Assembly: GCA_904063045.1 (NCBI GenBank) | Contig: CAJFCJ010000002.1 | Coordinates: 2,785,891 to 2,849,890, forward strand | Source: Dimorphilus gyrociliatus | Taxonomy: Eukaryota; Animalia; Annelida | Length of the DNA stretch: 64,000 bases | Direction of reading: 5' to 3' | Part shown: piece by piece, positions 13,501 to 26,400 of the stretch | Layout: each line of letters opens with the position of its first letter | How positions within the stretch are numbered: the first letter of the stretch is position 1 | Notes under the pieces: model-generated | Database searches by the model: none | What the model was told of the DNA's origin: nothing | Seen by the model: the letters and a program-made list of their open reading frames with translations, nothing else | Program-made: the position numbers and the translations under genes

Positions 13501-13728
13501 TTTTAAAGAGTTGTCTTGATAGTTGCATAAAATAGTTATTGCTTTAGTGAGGAGCCTCGAATGTCCTCCAAGGCTTCTCTCAATTCCACTGTTAGTCTGG
13601 GAGAAGATGATGATAGCTCAATGCTGGAATACGGTGAACCAGATTCCTCTAAATTTAATGAAGATGGCTCATTCATCGAGGAGTATGGAACTGGTCGAAG
13701 ACGTGGTAGAAACGATACGGAAGTGTAA
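10600..13728 (+). CDS. L1CAM/neuroglian-like Ig-superfamily type I membrane protein, isoform A (about 695 aa; signal peptide, about 5 Ig domains, TM, L1-type cytoplasmic tail)
   Basis: Phase-consistent exons 10600-10672, 10734-10857, 10913-11130, 11203-11400, 11455-11704, 11759-11853, 11905-11997, 12052-12207, 12266-12430, 12485-12612, 12677-12875, 13222-13325, 13391-13494, 13548-13728. Signal peptide MTLLYIYSTLFCFSLVSFA. Ig motifs include WYN...GKYDC and WFKDG...DEGKY. TM is LWWILLVILFIIIVVVVIIVICLYL. Tail RNKGDEY...SMLEYGEPDSSKFNEDGSFIEEY...DTEV* matches the L1-family KGGKY and FNEDGSFIGQY motifs. Confidence 0.85.
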
Positions 13729-14541
13729 AACTGCGAAATTGTTCACTCTACGGTTTTTCAGTACACTCCTTTCTTTACTGAAACACTGCTTGTGTTCAAA
13801 TCAGTTGAATTGTAAAGTATTACGTGGGTCTACAAAAAAATATAGAGTAGTATGCAATTTTTCAAAGTTGAAACTGTTTTCAACAATGTTATACTCATTG
13901 TGTGTTTAAAATTTGAGAACGTAGCTTTGTTTCTTACATGTGAAAAGCTCATTATTGTTTTCCAGCTTTCTTTGGAACTTTTCGAATCATATATCTATTG
14001 CTATTTTTAAAATTCATATGTTGAAATATTACTTCATCTTTTTTTTTGCAAGCTTGCCATAAGCATACAAAAAATGCATTGCAGTTATGTATATAATAAT
14101 TTTACAAATATGTGTGTATATATACACACTATATATACTGTATATATACATATATATATGTATTGTTCCTTATTCAATAACTTAATTTTTTTCTAATTTC
14201 TAATGTTGAGAGGCTTTAATTATTTTTTACTACTGAACATGGCGTTTAGAAATTAAATAAATATTTTTCAACTATTAAAAGTTACAATTTTCCTATTGTG
14301 TTGATCATAACTGCATCTCATAAACTGCTCTAGAAAGTTGGCGCTTAGATTCAAATTCAAGATATTGTTCTGTTTTAAAATATAACTCTTTGACTTTTAA
14401 TAATTTCTACTGTTTGTTCGTTTTTAGACGATCATTTATTTTCTATGAGATAATTTGAAATGTATCAGCTATCTCAGGTTTACAATACAACGCATTAAAA
14501 ATAGTCTTGTTAATTACTCTAAATCTTTTACTATTATACAG

Positions 14542-15181
14542 CTAAAACTAAAGATGGAGAGTACACATCACTCTGGTGGATTATTCTTCTCTCTTCTGTG
14601 ATTATATTGATATCTATGTCGATAATTATTTTCTATTGCTATTCCAGAAAGGTAGACTTTCCCTTAAGGAATTTAGTGAATTGTAAGAGAGATTTCAATT
14701 TAGATAGACGACTTATTTATATATAAGTATGTATTGCCTATATGTATATAAAGGCAATAAATACAGAGATGAAGTGTGTGTATATATATATGTGTGTGTG
14801 TGTGTGTGTGCGCGCGCATTTGTGTGGTATATAGAGGCTAATATATAAATATTTTTCAGATGTCTGGGCCCTATTTAGCTCCTAGTCATTATTCATTCAG
14901 TGTAAGAATATAGGATAAACAAATCCAATCAGGAATATTTTTTCAATTTTATTCAATTGATTAGATTTATTTTAAAGATATTTTTTTTAAAAAAAAAAAA
15001 ACATACGCTAAATTTTTCTAGATAATCTAATTTTGTTTTCACTAAAAAAAAATAATCTTAGACATCTAGAGTACCATCGACAATTTCAAGGCTATCAACG
15101 AGAAGCGGCTTTCCAGTTGTCGATTACGAACCAGGATTCGATGTTGTTGAAGAAGTTTACAACACCTATCCATATCTATGA
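14542..15181 (+). CDS. Alternative transmembrane plus cytoplasmic cassette (isoform B) of the L1-like gene
   Basis: Exons 14542-14651 (phase 1 in; KTKDGEYTSLWWIILLSSVIILISMSIIIFYCYSRK), 14860-14901 (MSGPYLAPSHYSFS) and 15062-15181 (TSRVPSTISRLSTRSGFPVVDYEPGFDVVEEVYNTYPYL*). All have canonical AG/GT sites, and phases are compatible with the donor at 12875. Confidence 0.7.
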
Positions 15182-18100
15182 TTGGGTATAAAACTTTTAT
15201 AATTGATTAGAAGAAAATAATTTACTAATCTATATTACATTGACAGATAAATTGATTTTTATATGATGATTTGTCCAAACAAATATTCCAGTTTATATTG
15301 CGAATAAGTCGATTTTTAAAGATTTTTTATAAAATAATTTTGATAATCGCTGAAGTTCATGTAAATTTTTATTTATTACTTTGCAAGGAAAGACATACTT
15401 AAGTGTTAATTATTACTATTAATCTTATTATTATGACAATAGCTAAGTTACTGTTTTTTTTAATTGTACACACTTTGATGAAAATGTTAAAAATGTCTAA
15501 TAAACATCAATAAATTGATTATAAAATAGATGGCGCCATTTGTCTTTCTTTCTATTTGAAAAGGTAGAAATAACATCTAGCAACCACATAATACTACAGT
15601 ATTTATGATAAACTTGCAAGAAAGATTATGCACGCCAACAATTGGTAAACAGGCCAAAAAAAATATAACTAGTCGTTTAAGATGATAAAATATTCAAGGA
15701 ATAATCGAGTTGATCGATTTTTTTCTAAACATTTTTCCCTCATCTCTCTTCTTTATTTCATATGTAAACTAAAAATATACGAAACAAATGGGAGTAATAA
15801 AGGGCAATAGAGAAAGAATTCTTTGCAAAAATTTATACCCTATGTCAGATAAGATAAAGGTCAGAGGATGGTCAGTAAAAAACAGGATAGAAAATTCCCC
15901 ATCTCCCTAACCTACCTTATCGTATTGAAAAAGGAAGGAAACTCTCTTCAACAGCGTATATACAAAACGTAGAGGTAGAAATTCTCTAAATTCCAACTTT
16001 CTGCAGTGAATTTCTACATCCATCAATCTAGTGGAATGATTTTTCTAATTTGAAATAGAAAAAAAAACATCTTGTCATCTAATTGAAAGGTATAATATAA
16101 ACATTATCAATGTCTTTTATTTATCACATTTACTGTAACTTTCAATTTCTAGTTGAGTAAAAATTTTGCAAAAATATATTAGTTTTTCATTTTTTTTTAA
16201 AAAAAAAGAGAGAAATATATCTTCAATTTAAAATATTTAAAGATCGTAAGGTATGAATATGTAAATCTCTTTGGAGAGCTTTTTTTTTATATATACTCTG
16301 GTTTACGACTGTCTTTTGATCTAGTCACCACATTTTTCATCATCAGAATGTAACGACGATTAGCTTTTGTGGTTAAAGGAAATGGGCTTATTTTCTTTAT
16401 CAAGTAAACCGAAACTGAAATACTGCGTTCAAACGCTTTAAGCTAACATTTGCTGTTAGCTATGGTTCCAGTTATGAGGAAATTTGTCCCAAGAATGTAA
16501 CAAATCAAAATCTATCAGGAGATGGCGTTGCTCTACGTGACTATTACTTTGAAACATATTAACATATTTTATCAACTATTTGCAGAGGTAACTTTGAAAA
16601 AACACCGATATTCATTTCAAATTGAGGGCAATGCGTAAAATAAGAAAGACTGGATGAAAAAAGAGTTCGACTGAGAGAGAGAGAGAGAGAGAGGGAGCAA
16701 GAATATCAGAAAGTAAAGATTTAAAGTAAAATTTTACATTAATCAATAATTTTAAAAAATTCTAGATAACCTCGTCAATTAAACATCCAAATATCTTAAA
16801 TATTTAATAAATTTAAAACAGTTGGTTAATATATAATAAACACTTATTGTGCAGTTTGGAATTTGTTAGCGTATGTAAAATTATCATATATTTTAGTATA
16901 TATTCGTAATTTTACTTTCTTATATTTAATCACACTGTTCTTTAATCTTCGAAAAGAATAGATTTCAAACGAAGGTCGAAATGATAAAAGAAAGCAAATC
17001 TTTCTCCTCTCCAGCAGACGCTCTATAAATTTTAATTTCAACCTACTAAAATGAATCTATAGACATTTTCTGTAACAACATTTGCATCGATTTTGTTAGT
17101 GAAAAAAAAAAGAAGAAGGAATTTAAAAAAAAAATAGACGGATAGAGAAGAGAAAAAAGTTGAAAAAGAAGATGGAAAAAGTAAGGAAAAAATATTCTTC
17201 GCTGATATAATTTGTTATTCTTTCATCATGTTTTCATATATTCTTAGATAAAAAGAAGAAGGGTAAACAAATAAAAAATTAAACAAGCAGCAGACCTTCT
17301 AAATACCTATTTTCCTTCTTTTTATTTTCGTCTATTGCTCCCTTGACAGTCAAACTAGTCGTTCTTATAATTTAGCTTCCTATCTTTATAACTTTTTTCG
17401 TTTTTTCTCTTTCTCTCTCTATCTCTATCTCTAACCTTCAACGAAAATAGTTTGACTTTTTGCATCCAGAACTCGTTTCCGGCCCCAACTCCGATTTGCG
17501 ATTGGCGGAAAGATGAAATAGTTTTTCAATGTTTAATAAGAATGGCTTAGTGAAAACTTCGGAAGGTTAGTTGGTTTTGGAATACCATTCCATCCACCTC
17601 CTTTTTTCTTTAAACCGTAAACTAATTGTTACGTTAAGCAACTCTCGACCTTTTAACAAGTAAACGGTGTTTATAAAATAAATATCGGGAAAGGGGTAGG
17701 GGGGAGGGAGAGCGAAGAGTTTCTGAAGAGAAATGGTGCTAAAATTTTCTTTCGGCAATATAGGAGGAAAGGGAATAGGAGACGAAGTATGAAATTCGTT
17801 CCCTGGTGATTAATAAACGTTCCATTTTCCTAAAAGCAAATTAAGTAATTTTTCCTGCGATTGTTGACACTACTTTTTCTCGCTGTAATAAACAATCTAT
17901 TCACACATCCCAGTTACGTCTTAAGTTATGGGAATATAAATTTCTTTCAACCATAGATCTTTTCTTCGGTGGTTAGTTATTATTACTGTTTTATCACTAT
18001 TATTATTACTTTAAAATGGTTTAAAATTTCAAACCATCTACTTTTTATCTCACTCATCTAACTCTGTTTAGGAAGTGAAGAGAGGGAAAACATGAATGAG

Positions 18101-19093
18101 ATAATCTGAGGAAAGAACCAAGGAGGAACATATGGATCATCACCAAAGCGTTTTCCTTTTAGCCTCTGTATTTAGTCTTTTGAGAATATATGAAGTGCTC
18201 AAACGCATAATTTTAATTATTCCATTTATTTCTGAGAGAAAAATAGAATTTTTATTCTTGGATAGATGAAAGAATGGTAGGATAGAGAAAGATACAAGAG
18301 AATAAGATAGTAAGAGATAAAAAGAGATTTATACAGTATATATATACTGTATATTAGTATATTTATCTATATGTATGTATGTATGTATAGACAGATAGAG
18401 GGAGGGAAAGAGAGAGAGAGAGAGAGAGAGAGAAAGAAGGAGAAGGAGAGTGGATGAATGAATGAGTAACACTGTTAAAGGGAAAGAGGAGAATAAAAAA
18501 AGTGATAAAAAGAACGAAAGATAAACATTCTTAGTGATTGCAAAATTGGCTTTAAAAAATTGTAGCAGTTAAGCAATCGAGAAGATATTTCCATATTCTC
18601 CAAAGACTTTTTAATTGAACTTCTTATCACAAAAAATTGTCTGTATGCTTGTTACTAAAAATAGATATTTCTATTATTAAAGCTTTTTTATTATAATTAT
18701 AAAATGCTGTAAGAATATTTTTTAACTATTAGTAATCAGATATGAATATGCATCCTTTTCGTCCTCGTCTCCCTTTCTCTTTTACTCAACAAAAGCCTTG
18801 TTATGAATTATGAATACAATAGTTTGTATTTATTAAGACATCTAAGTTCTTTCCTGAATTAAAATACATAATAATTTACAATGTAAACTATACTTTGAAC
18901 TTTTTAATACATTTTTTTATACATTCTGGAATGAATTCAAGAGTATTCATAAGATAAATAGATATTTTTACAATATTTTTAAATCTATCAATATTGTTGG
19001 CATATAAAAAAATGTAAATTGAATCGTTCTTTCAATTTCATCAAATAGGCTGAATATTAGTTTAAATACTGGTTATAAAGGAGAATGGAAGAT

Positions 19094-19134
<41 letters not shown>

Positions 19135-19839
19135 AAGAAAGAAAAAGAAGAAAGAATGGTGCAAAAAAAAAAACAAAACATACACGTGTATTTTACAAAT
19201 CCTTTACAAATACAGCTTTTTGATACATGTACATATACAATATATATATATATATATATATAGACGATATACATATAAATATATATATATATACAGTACA
19301 GTATATAATAAAGTATATATAAATAGAAGAGAAATTCCTTTCTGCTTTAATTAATTTAATTTCTCCTTTTTCCTGAATGAATAATAAATAAACAATGGAT
19401 AGTTCAATTAAATTTTTGTTTCCTTTTCTTATTTATATATTTTTGTATGAAGTGTTAATGTCTAAAAATGGAAATATCGAACCAATTTAAAGAGATTAAT
19501 GATTGAGTTTAATTGGTGTTTTAGGCTATTTCATTTGTTGAGGAGATCTGTTAAAGTACAACTTTACCTACACAACAATCGCAAAAATCGTATCTTAGCT
19601 TTGTTAAACTCATGTCGCGTTTGACAATGATGTCTTTTATAAGCTCGATCTATAAGGAATAAATTCTAAAGAATAAAAGTACGACAATGTAGGGTGAAGA
19701 GGAAAAGAGCTAAGGAGAAAAGAGAATGGGAGGATTGCACAGCTAGAACGAGACGAGTTGTATAAAAATTGATAAAGAGACAAAGACTAGGAAGAGTAAT
19801 AATAAGGTTAAGTTAAAGAGATTGAATATTTTTACTTTG

Positions 19840-19872
19840 GAAGAAGAAGAAGAAGAAGAAGAAGAAGAAGAA
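19840..19872. repeat. (GAA)11 microsatellite
   Basis: Read directly. Confidence 0.9.
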
Positions 19873-21782
19873 AGTAGAAAAAATATTGTTGAACATTTTC
19901 AATTTTTCTTTCCCTCTTTCATTCTATCTCTTCTTATTTCTTCCCTACCGGATTGCCAGTTAATTTTCAGCACGCAATAGCTCATTTAACCGTATTCGGA
20001 AATTGTCTTAGTAAAAATTTCATGAGTCTGATAAAAACCGTTAAAATTTTTACATTTTTCGTATTCAATCAATCAATAAAAGGTTGTAAAGATTTTAAAG
20101 AATAGAAAAAGAAAACATGAATAGAAGACACAAAAAAGGATGAAGTAAATAGGGAGAGAGGAAAAACAGATACGATAGAAAGGCATCTATCCCGCCACTT
20201 CGACAACAAAACGGAATTACAGACTACTTAAATCTCCTTCTCTATAATTTTTCCTTTTTCTGTTTTATAATACCATATATAACTTCCTCTTCTTTCTATA
20301 TTTTCTCTTTCTCTATCTTCATTTTTATTCTTAGTACCTATCCTCCTTTCTCTATTCTTTTTCTTTCATTCCTCACATCATGTTACTTACTTAACTATGC
20401 AATTTTATTAAACCGTCACGCTTATAATGTTATTTACGACCTAGAGAGTTTTAGGCCTAGGCAGTCACTATTCTTCCCTCTTCTTTTTTTGTATGACTAC
20501 TAGTAGAAAATTATTTGAACGGGAGGAGAGAGAAATATGGCATACATATATATACTGTAGATATATTGTCATGTGATCAAATTTGAAAGGTTTTGTCCCT
20601 TTTGGCATTTCAAAATTACGTGCAGCAGAAATCATATTGAAACTCGACTCTTTGACTATACAGGAAAATAGACATTATATTAGTTAATATAATATATATA
20701 TATAACAACAGACAGAAATATACATATATATATATATATATATATGTATTTATGCGAAAACTTTCATTTATAACATCTACTTAACAACGTAAAAAACTCT
20801 TTTTTCTTAATTTTTCGTAAGTTTTTGATTTTTTTTATCATTTTTTTCCTTCTTTTATTTTCTTTGATAAAAATTCTCTTTTTAAAAAGAAAATAAAAAA
20901 AATAACAAAGTAAACGTGGAAAAGTTTCTTAGTTCATTAATACAAGATTCAGTGTTATACTGTATGTATAGTAGTCTTGTACGTAAATGGCTGGTATGGT
21001 TGAGTGAGAGAAACAATGCAAAATATGGTGAAACATGTTTTTTTTTCTTCATCATACGTTATAATACGAACGTCGTTTAGTTATGTTTACGAAATTCTGT
21101 ACACGAGCGTTAATGCACTACAGGTTATAGGAAACGAGAACCAAGGAAGTAAGGAGTTTGTCTAATATATCATCACGTGACGCGTATAGTTGTATTATCT
21201 TTTATAAATGAAGAAAATAAATTCTTTTTAGTCTGTTTAGAAATAATTTCAAATTTTGTCATGTCTGGCAGGCTTTTTGTCCTTATAAAGGCAACATGGC
21301 GACGTAAATATAGAAAAGGGAAAAAAGCTATTGGTCACGTGTTTATGATCTTTTGTTAGGATGCTTTGAGAGTTGGCTCTAAAATAGAATGAATTGGGTG
21401 CGCGTGTAAGATCGCGTGGTGTTTAAAAGAAAAATTTAAGTGCGACAAATATCAATGTATAAAATTGTGATTGAAGCCAACATAGCTTCACGTGACTGGT
21501 TTAGATGTTCAAATGTAGCCCTACTTCACACGCTCTTGTCACAACAACGCTATTTATGACGCTTTTATTTTATAACGTATTAGAATAAAAATATGTGAAC
21601 CTTCTTCTTTTTTATACTAATAAAAATATTTAAGATAAGAAAATTTTCTTCCCTCAATAACCTACTAATATTTACAAAGAGAACCCATCACTACCTATCC
21701 CTAGGCTAAATGATAAAGAGTGGCGGGAGAAAACAGCCTCGGACTATAGTTTTTCTATTTATACGATAGAAAAAAGGGTTAA

Positions 21783-21817
<35 letters not shown>

Positions 21818-23004
21818 CATGATTGGGAGGGGGTAAAGAGTGAAAAGGGAAGAGAGAGAGAGGAAGAGAAAAAACCTACAAATTTACCACAAAATTCGAC
21901 GAACCGTTAATGACGAAGCAGAGCGATAAATACCGATAAGGCGGGACAGTTTTATCATTATTCGGCATTCCTCTGCCGTAAACACATAGTTTTGAGAAGA
22001 GCGAAGAGGAATGTTGCCGGTTGTTTATATAACGAGTATGATTATAATCATACACTCATATTTTGCAGATTAATTTATTAATTAAACGCAATCCAAAATC
22101 AAGCACAAATTTAATTAAAATGTTTATAATTATAGCAATATACTTTTTATATGTATTACTAAATTGGAAGAGCTTGTTGTATATACTATGTACAAGTACA
22201 GACAAAATAGGCGAGAACTAGTTTTCCAGAGCAGAATCCTGCCGCCAATTCGTACTCTGTTTATTTGCGGTGTTAAGTAGCAAAATGTTTACGCCGTAGA
22301 ACATTTCGGGTGAAAGAAGCGCCACCTCGTGAAAGGTTTGTCGTCCTTTTCCGCCAGTTTGTAGACGAGGAGCGACGAGTGAACTATTGTGAAAATTCTC
22401 TCTACAAATAATTACATTAATTTCATCTTATAAGGATTCAGTACGAATAGATAATAATCAGGCAACGTATTCTCATAGCTATTAAGCTAAATATCTACCA
22501 TTCTCGGCAATGTTCTAAACATATTCCTTTAAAAAATTGGATAATATTGGAGCTATTAAAGAGTTGTTTTTTAAAAAAAAAAAAGAAACAACGATTGATA
22601 ACGGTAAACTGTATGTTTCTTTTTTATTATTATATTTCATTTATTTATTAAAATTTCACTATTTCTACTAGTTTTTTAGTGTTAGTATTTTTTTTAAAAA
22701 AAACAATTATGCCAAAGAGAAATAGAAAAAAAAATAGTTTAATTCTAAGAAGCTTAATATTTTCACCGGATTTTATTCACTTTCTTTGTGTTCCTGCATT
22801 AATGCTATTAAGCAAGAACAAACCGAGAATCGGAAGTGACGTGTAATAATAACTATTACGAAATATAGCTTGAAAGAAGAAATGGAAAGCCAAGTTTGTT
22901 TGGAGAAAAAAATAAAAAAAAAGTTTCTTTTTTTATCATTTAAGAAGATTTAAAAGCAAATGAATAAGATTCCGATTGAAATAGTAAAAAGAGAGAAGAG
23001 ATTG

Positions 23005-23009
<5 letters not shown>

Positions 23010-23039
<30 letters not shown>
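23010..23039. repeat. (AG)n microsatellite; many similar tracts (e.g. about 16672, 18409, 19097, 21784, 41426, 54887, 58022)
   Basis: Read directly. Confidence 0.9.
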
Positions 23040-23042
<3 letters not shown>

Positions 23043-23489
23043 TCATGATAGGAATTCTGTATACATAATTATCTTTTACCTAAAAAAAACCTCCTTGTAA
23101 TCGTTATACTCAATTCATCATGTTATTCAAATAAAACCTGGTAGGATTTTTATGCAAATATGTGACTTTGTACTGGTTCGTCATGAATTATCATCACAGT
23201 TGCATTCATCTTTAGAGTTTAGAAAGACCATGCCTCCATATGTAATGTATTTGCGCTGAACCCGTAAATCCTTATAGATCTTATATATCCAAGCCGTTTA
23301 CCCAATTTTATGTAATTTTCTATTACTCTATTTTATAAGTATAAAAGATATGTTTACTATCCACTAATAGATAAAACAGGTAAGAACATATAGGTTAATT
23401 ATTTGAGTGTAAATTGATGAACGTTGTATAACATCTTGACAGAATAAGGATTTGTCGACAGGTTGACGTCGTGAATATTAATTAAAGAG

Positions 23490-26400
23490 ATGAGTGTCGT
23501 CTACTGGAAGATCGTCAATGGAACCCTAGTTCCGATAGCAGCCGGAAGTCCGTTAACGCCGTTAATTACTGCTCAAATGACTGCCGGATGGCCATATTTG
23601 GCAATGGCAAATAGATTTTTGGTTTGTATATTTTGACTGTTTGATTAGCTATATGTAGTTTTTGAAGAGTTCCTTCCATAATTTTTAAAATAACCTTCGG
23701 ACTCCCTCCTGTATTCTGCTGATTGATAAAGCTGGCTAATACCATTCCCACCCTCATTTCTTCCTGCTTTTAATCGGTTTTTATTCGTATTACTCAGCTT
23801 TTTCCTTTACAAAAAACAGTGGATGGAATCGGACTATCCGATTACCTCGACTACTGAATAGTAGTAATCTACATGACTTTTCGCAAACTACTTAAAACTT
23901 ATTTATATTCACCATATACTGTAACTATAACATGTGTACTGTATATATACATTTATAAAACATATCTGTAAATTACGTTATAAAAAACGGATAAGAATAT
24001 ACCCCTAACCTTTTACTTTTCTAATTGATTATTCATTACTCATCCATCGGTGAAGCGTATCTTTTTTGAAATACAACCAGGCCTAATCTATCCAGCAGGG
24101 CCGAGTATATCTTAAATATAAAAACATGGATGGATGGATTCTCAAAGAAGGAAGGGTACAGGAAAAACTATATGATTTGTTATGATTCCGTTACCGATTT
24201 ACTATAGATTGTTTTCAAAACATTTGGTATTCAATTGCACTTTGTGTTTACAAACTTGCCGATGCGCCAAATTTTTATTGTTCTTCTGCACCTACTAATG
24301 CTAAGTTCCCTGTCTTTATTTACTCATTCCTCATACGTTGTATCCTGTACATATATTTGTATCTCTCTACGCAGTATATATAGTATATACAGCATATATA
24401 CGCCTATTTTTTTTTATATGTAATAATCATATAAACAGCCTTTATATTTATTTATTGGTAATTCTCTTGTAGTGATAACTTATGCTTTAGTGCATAAAAT
24501 GTACGTAGTATTTTTTAAAGAAGCCTCATAAATTTGGCACTGAGCCACTCAAATTCCCTAAGATGACGAATAGCGGGTGTTCATTTATTAAAATTTTAAG
24601 CAACAAAAAAAAAGAAGTAGAGAAGAAAGGGTCAGGAGGGATACAAAAAAAAAAGATAGAGAAAAAAGTGTGATAGAATAGATTGAGTGAACTAGAAAGA
24701 ATGTTAGCAAAGAGAGTGTTATAATATAGAAAAGAAATGACACTAGATAGATTTGTTTTTTCATAATCCGTCACCTTTATATGAAAATTATACGGTTGAA
24801 AGAACATTGATTTTCTCTTCTTATTTTTATACCTATATTTCTGATCCAATTACAAAACGCGATCTTTACAGATTGTAATTAAACTAATGGAAGACATGCG
24901 AACTATCCTGGGGCCATAAATAAATATTTAGGGTGTAAAGTTTAAAAAAAAAGGGAAACTTAAAACTGCAAAAAAAATCAAGAAAAAGACAAAGACGCAT
25001 ATTCGTTAGCTAATAAAAACGAATTTAATATATAAAAAATATGTATAAATACGTAAACATTGTAAATATATTTATATATATATAAGAAGCCGATGCCAAA
25101 CATTTATTACAAACATATGCCTACCGAAGATTTATTAAGCATTTCTACTGCAACAGCATTAAAAGCGATAGACTACATGGATGAGTTTCTTTTTTTATGA
25201 AAAGAACCAAAATTATTTGTTATAAATTTTATTGCTACTCCTAGTTTCTAATTAAGACTAACCAGGAAGCCGCTTGACCGCGTCTAATTAGTGAGGAGTA
25301 AAAATTGTGTAATTGGCTCCTAAAAACTCTCTGTCGTCGAGTGGTAACGTTTTATGTACTTGAAAAAAATATTGTCCTCGCTTCTTCCCCCTCTCCCTCC
25401 CCTCCTTAACCTTTTTTACGCATGCGCAAAGGGAAATGGAGGGAAATGAACTGGATTTTGATGAGTAAAATAGGTTAATGTAAAATTGAATACTATACGA
25501 CAGAGAGAGAGAATAGCAGAAAATAACCAGCAGAAAAGATAAAGAAAGGTTGTAGAAGGAGAAACACAACGTAAAGATTTATCCTTCGGGCGTCTGATAA
25601 TTATTTTATTAATCTGGGAGTATAAAAAAAATCGCGTTTCCTATAATATATACTTTATAAAGGATATCGCATCTATTGAGGTGTGTTTAACTCATTGTTC
25701 CTTTAAATATGGGTGTACATTAAAATTTTAGAGGGTTTAACGATCCTTTTACGTATTAAATATAACTAAAAAACAAAGAGTACAATGGACAAACATTTAA
25801 GAAAGAAGATTATTAGAAGCGTAATGTTTGTTATATTTACTATAAATATACATTGTATCTCATATTTTTTTCTAAAGATTATGAATATAATAACAATTAT
25901 TGAACAGGATTTAATCTAACAAAAAGTATATTCGTTTCAATTACAATATTTGTTAAGTATAAAATATCTTGAGAGGGAACAATACGTACTCGTGTCAGAC
26001 TTTTTATCTCAGACTCTGCTCTAATCTTCTAATATTTAAATTGAAATCTTCTTCTCTCTCGTACACCTTTCCTCACTCTCCACCCCCTTCTTTTTATCCT
26101 CTATGAAACAAGCTAAATAACGATAAAAAAAGCAGACTCAAAGTAATGACATTATGTGATTGTTATATGAAAATTACATTATAAATTTAACTTATATATA
26201 GTAATATATATATATTTACAAAATAAAATTCATTACAGCAAGAGAGTTAGTAGTTATACGAAGAAACAGTTATATTATAGGTCTGTTTACGGGCTTACAT
26301 CTGAAAATTGGTTTCTGTCAACGTTAAAGCAAGTCAATTTGTTATAAAAACTGGTATTTAGGTTGCCAATGACTTAAGGCGCCATGTAGCATTTAAAGCA

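Noticed and set aside
13179-13909. ORFs 13179-13535, 13202-13528 and 13523-13909
   Set aside because: Read-through, antisense or off-frame shadows of the TM and tail exons of the L1-like gene.
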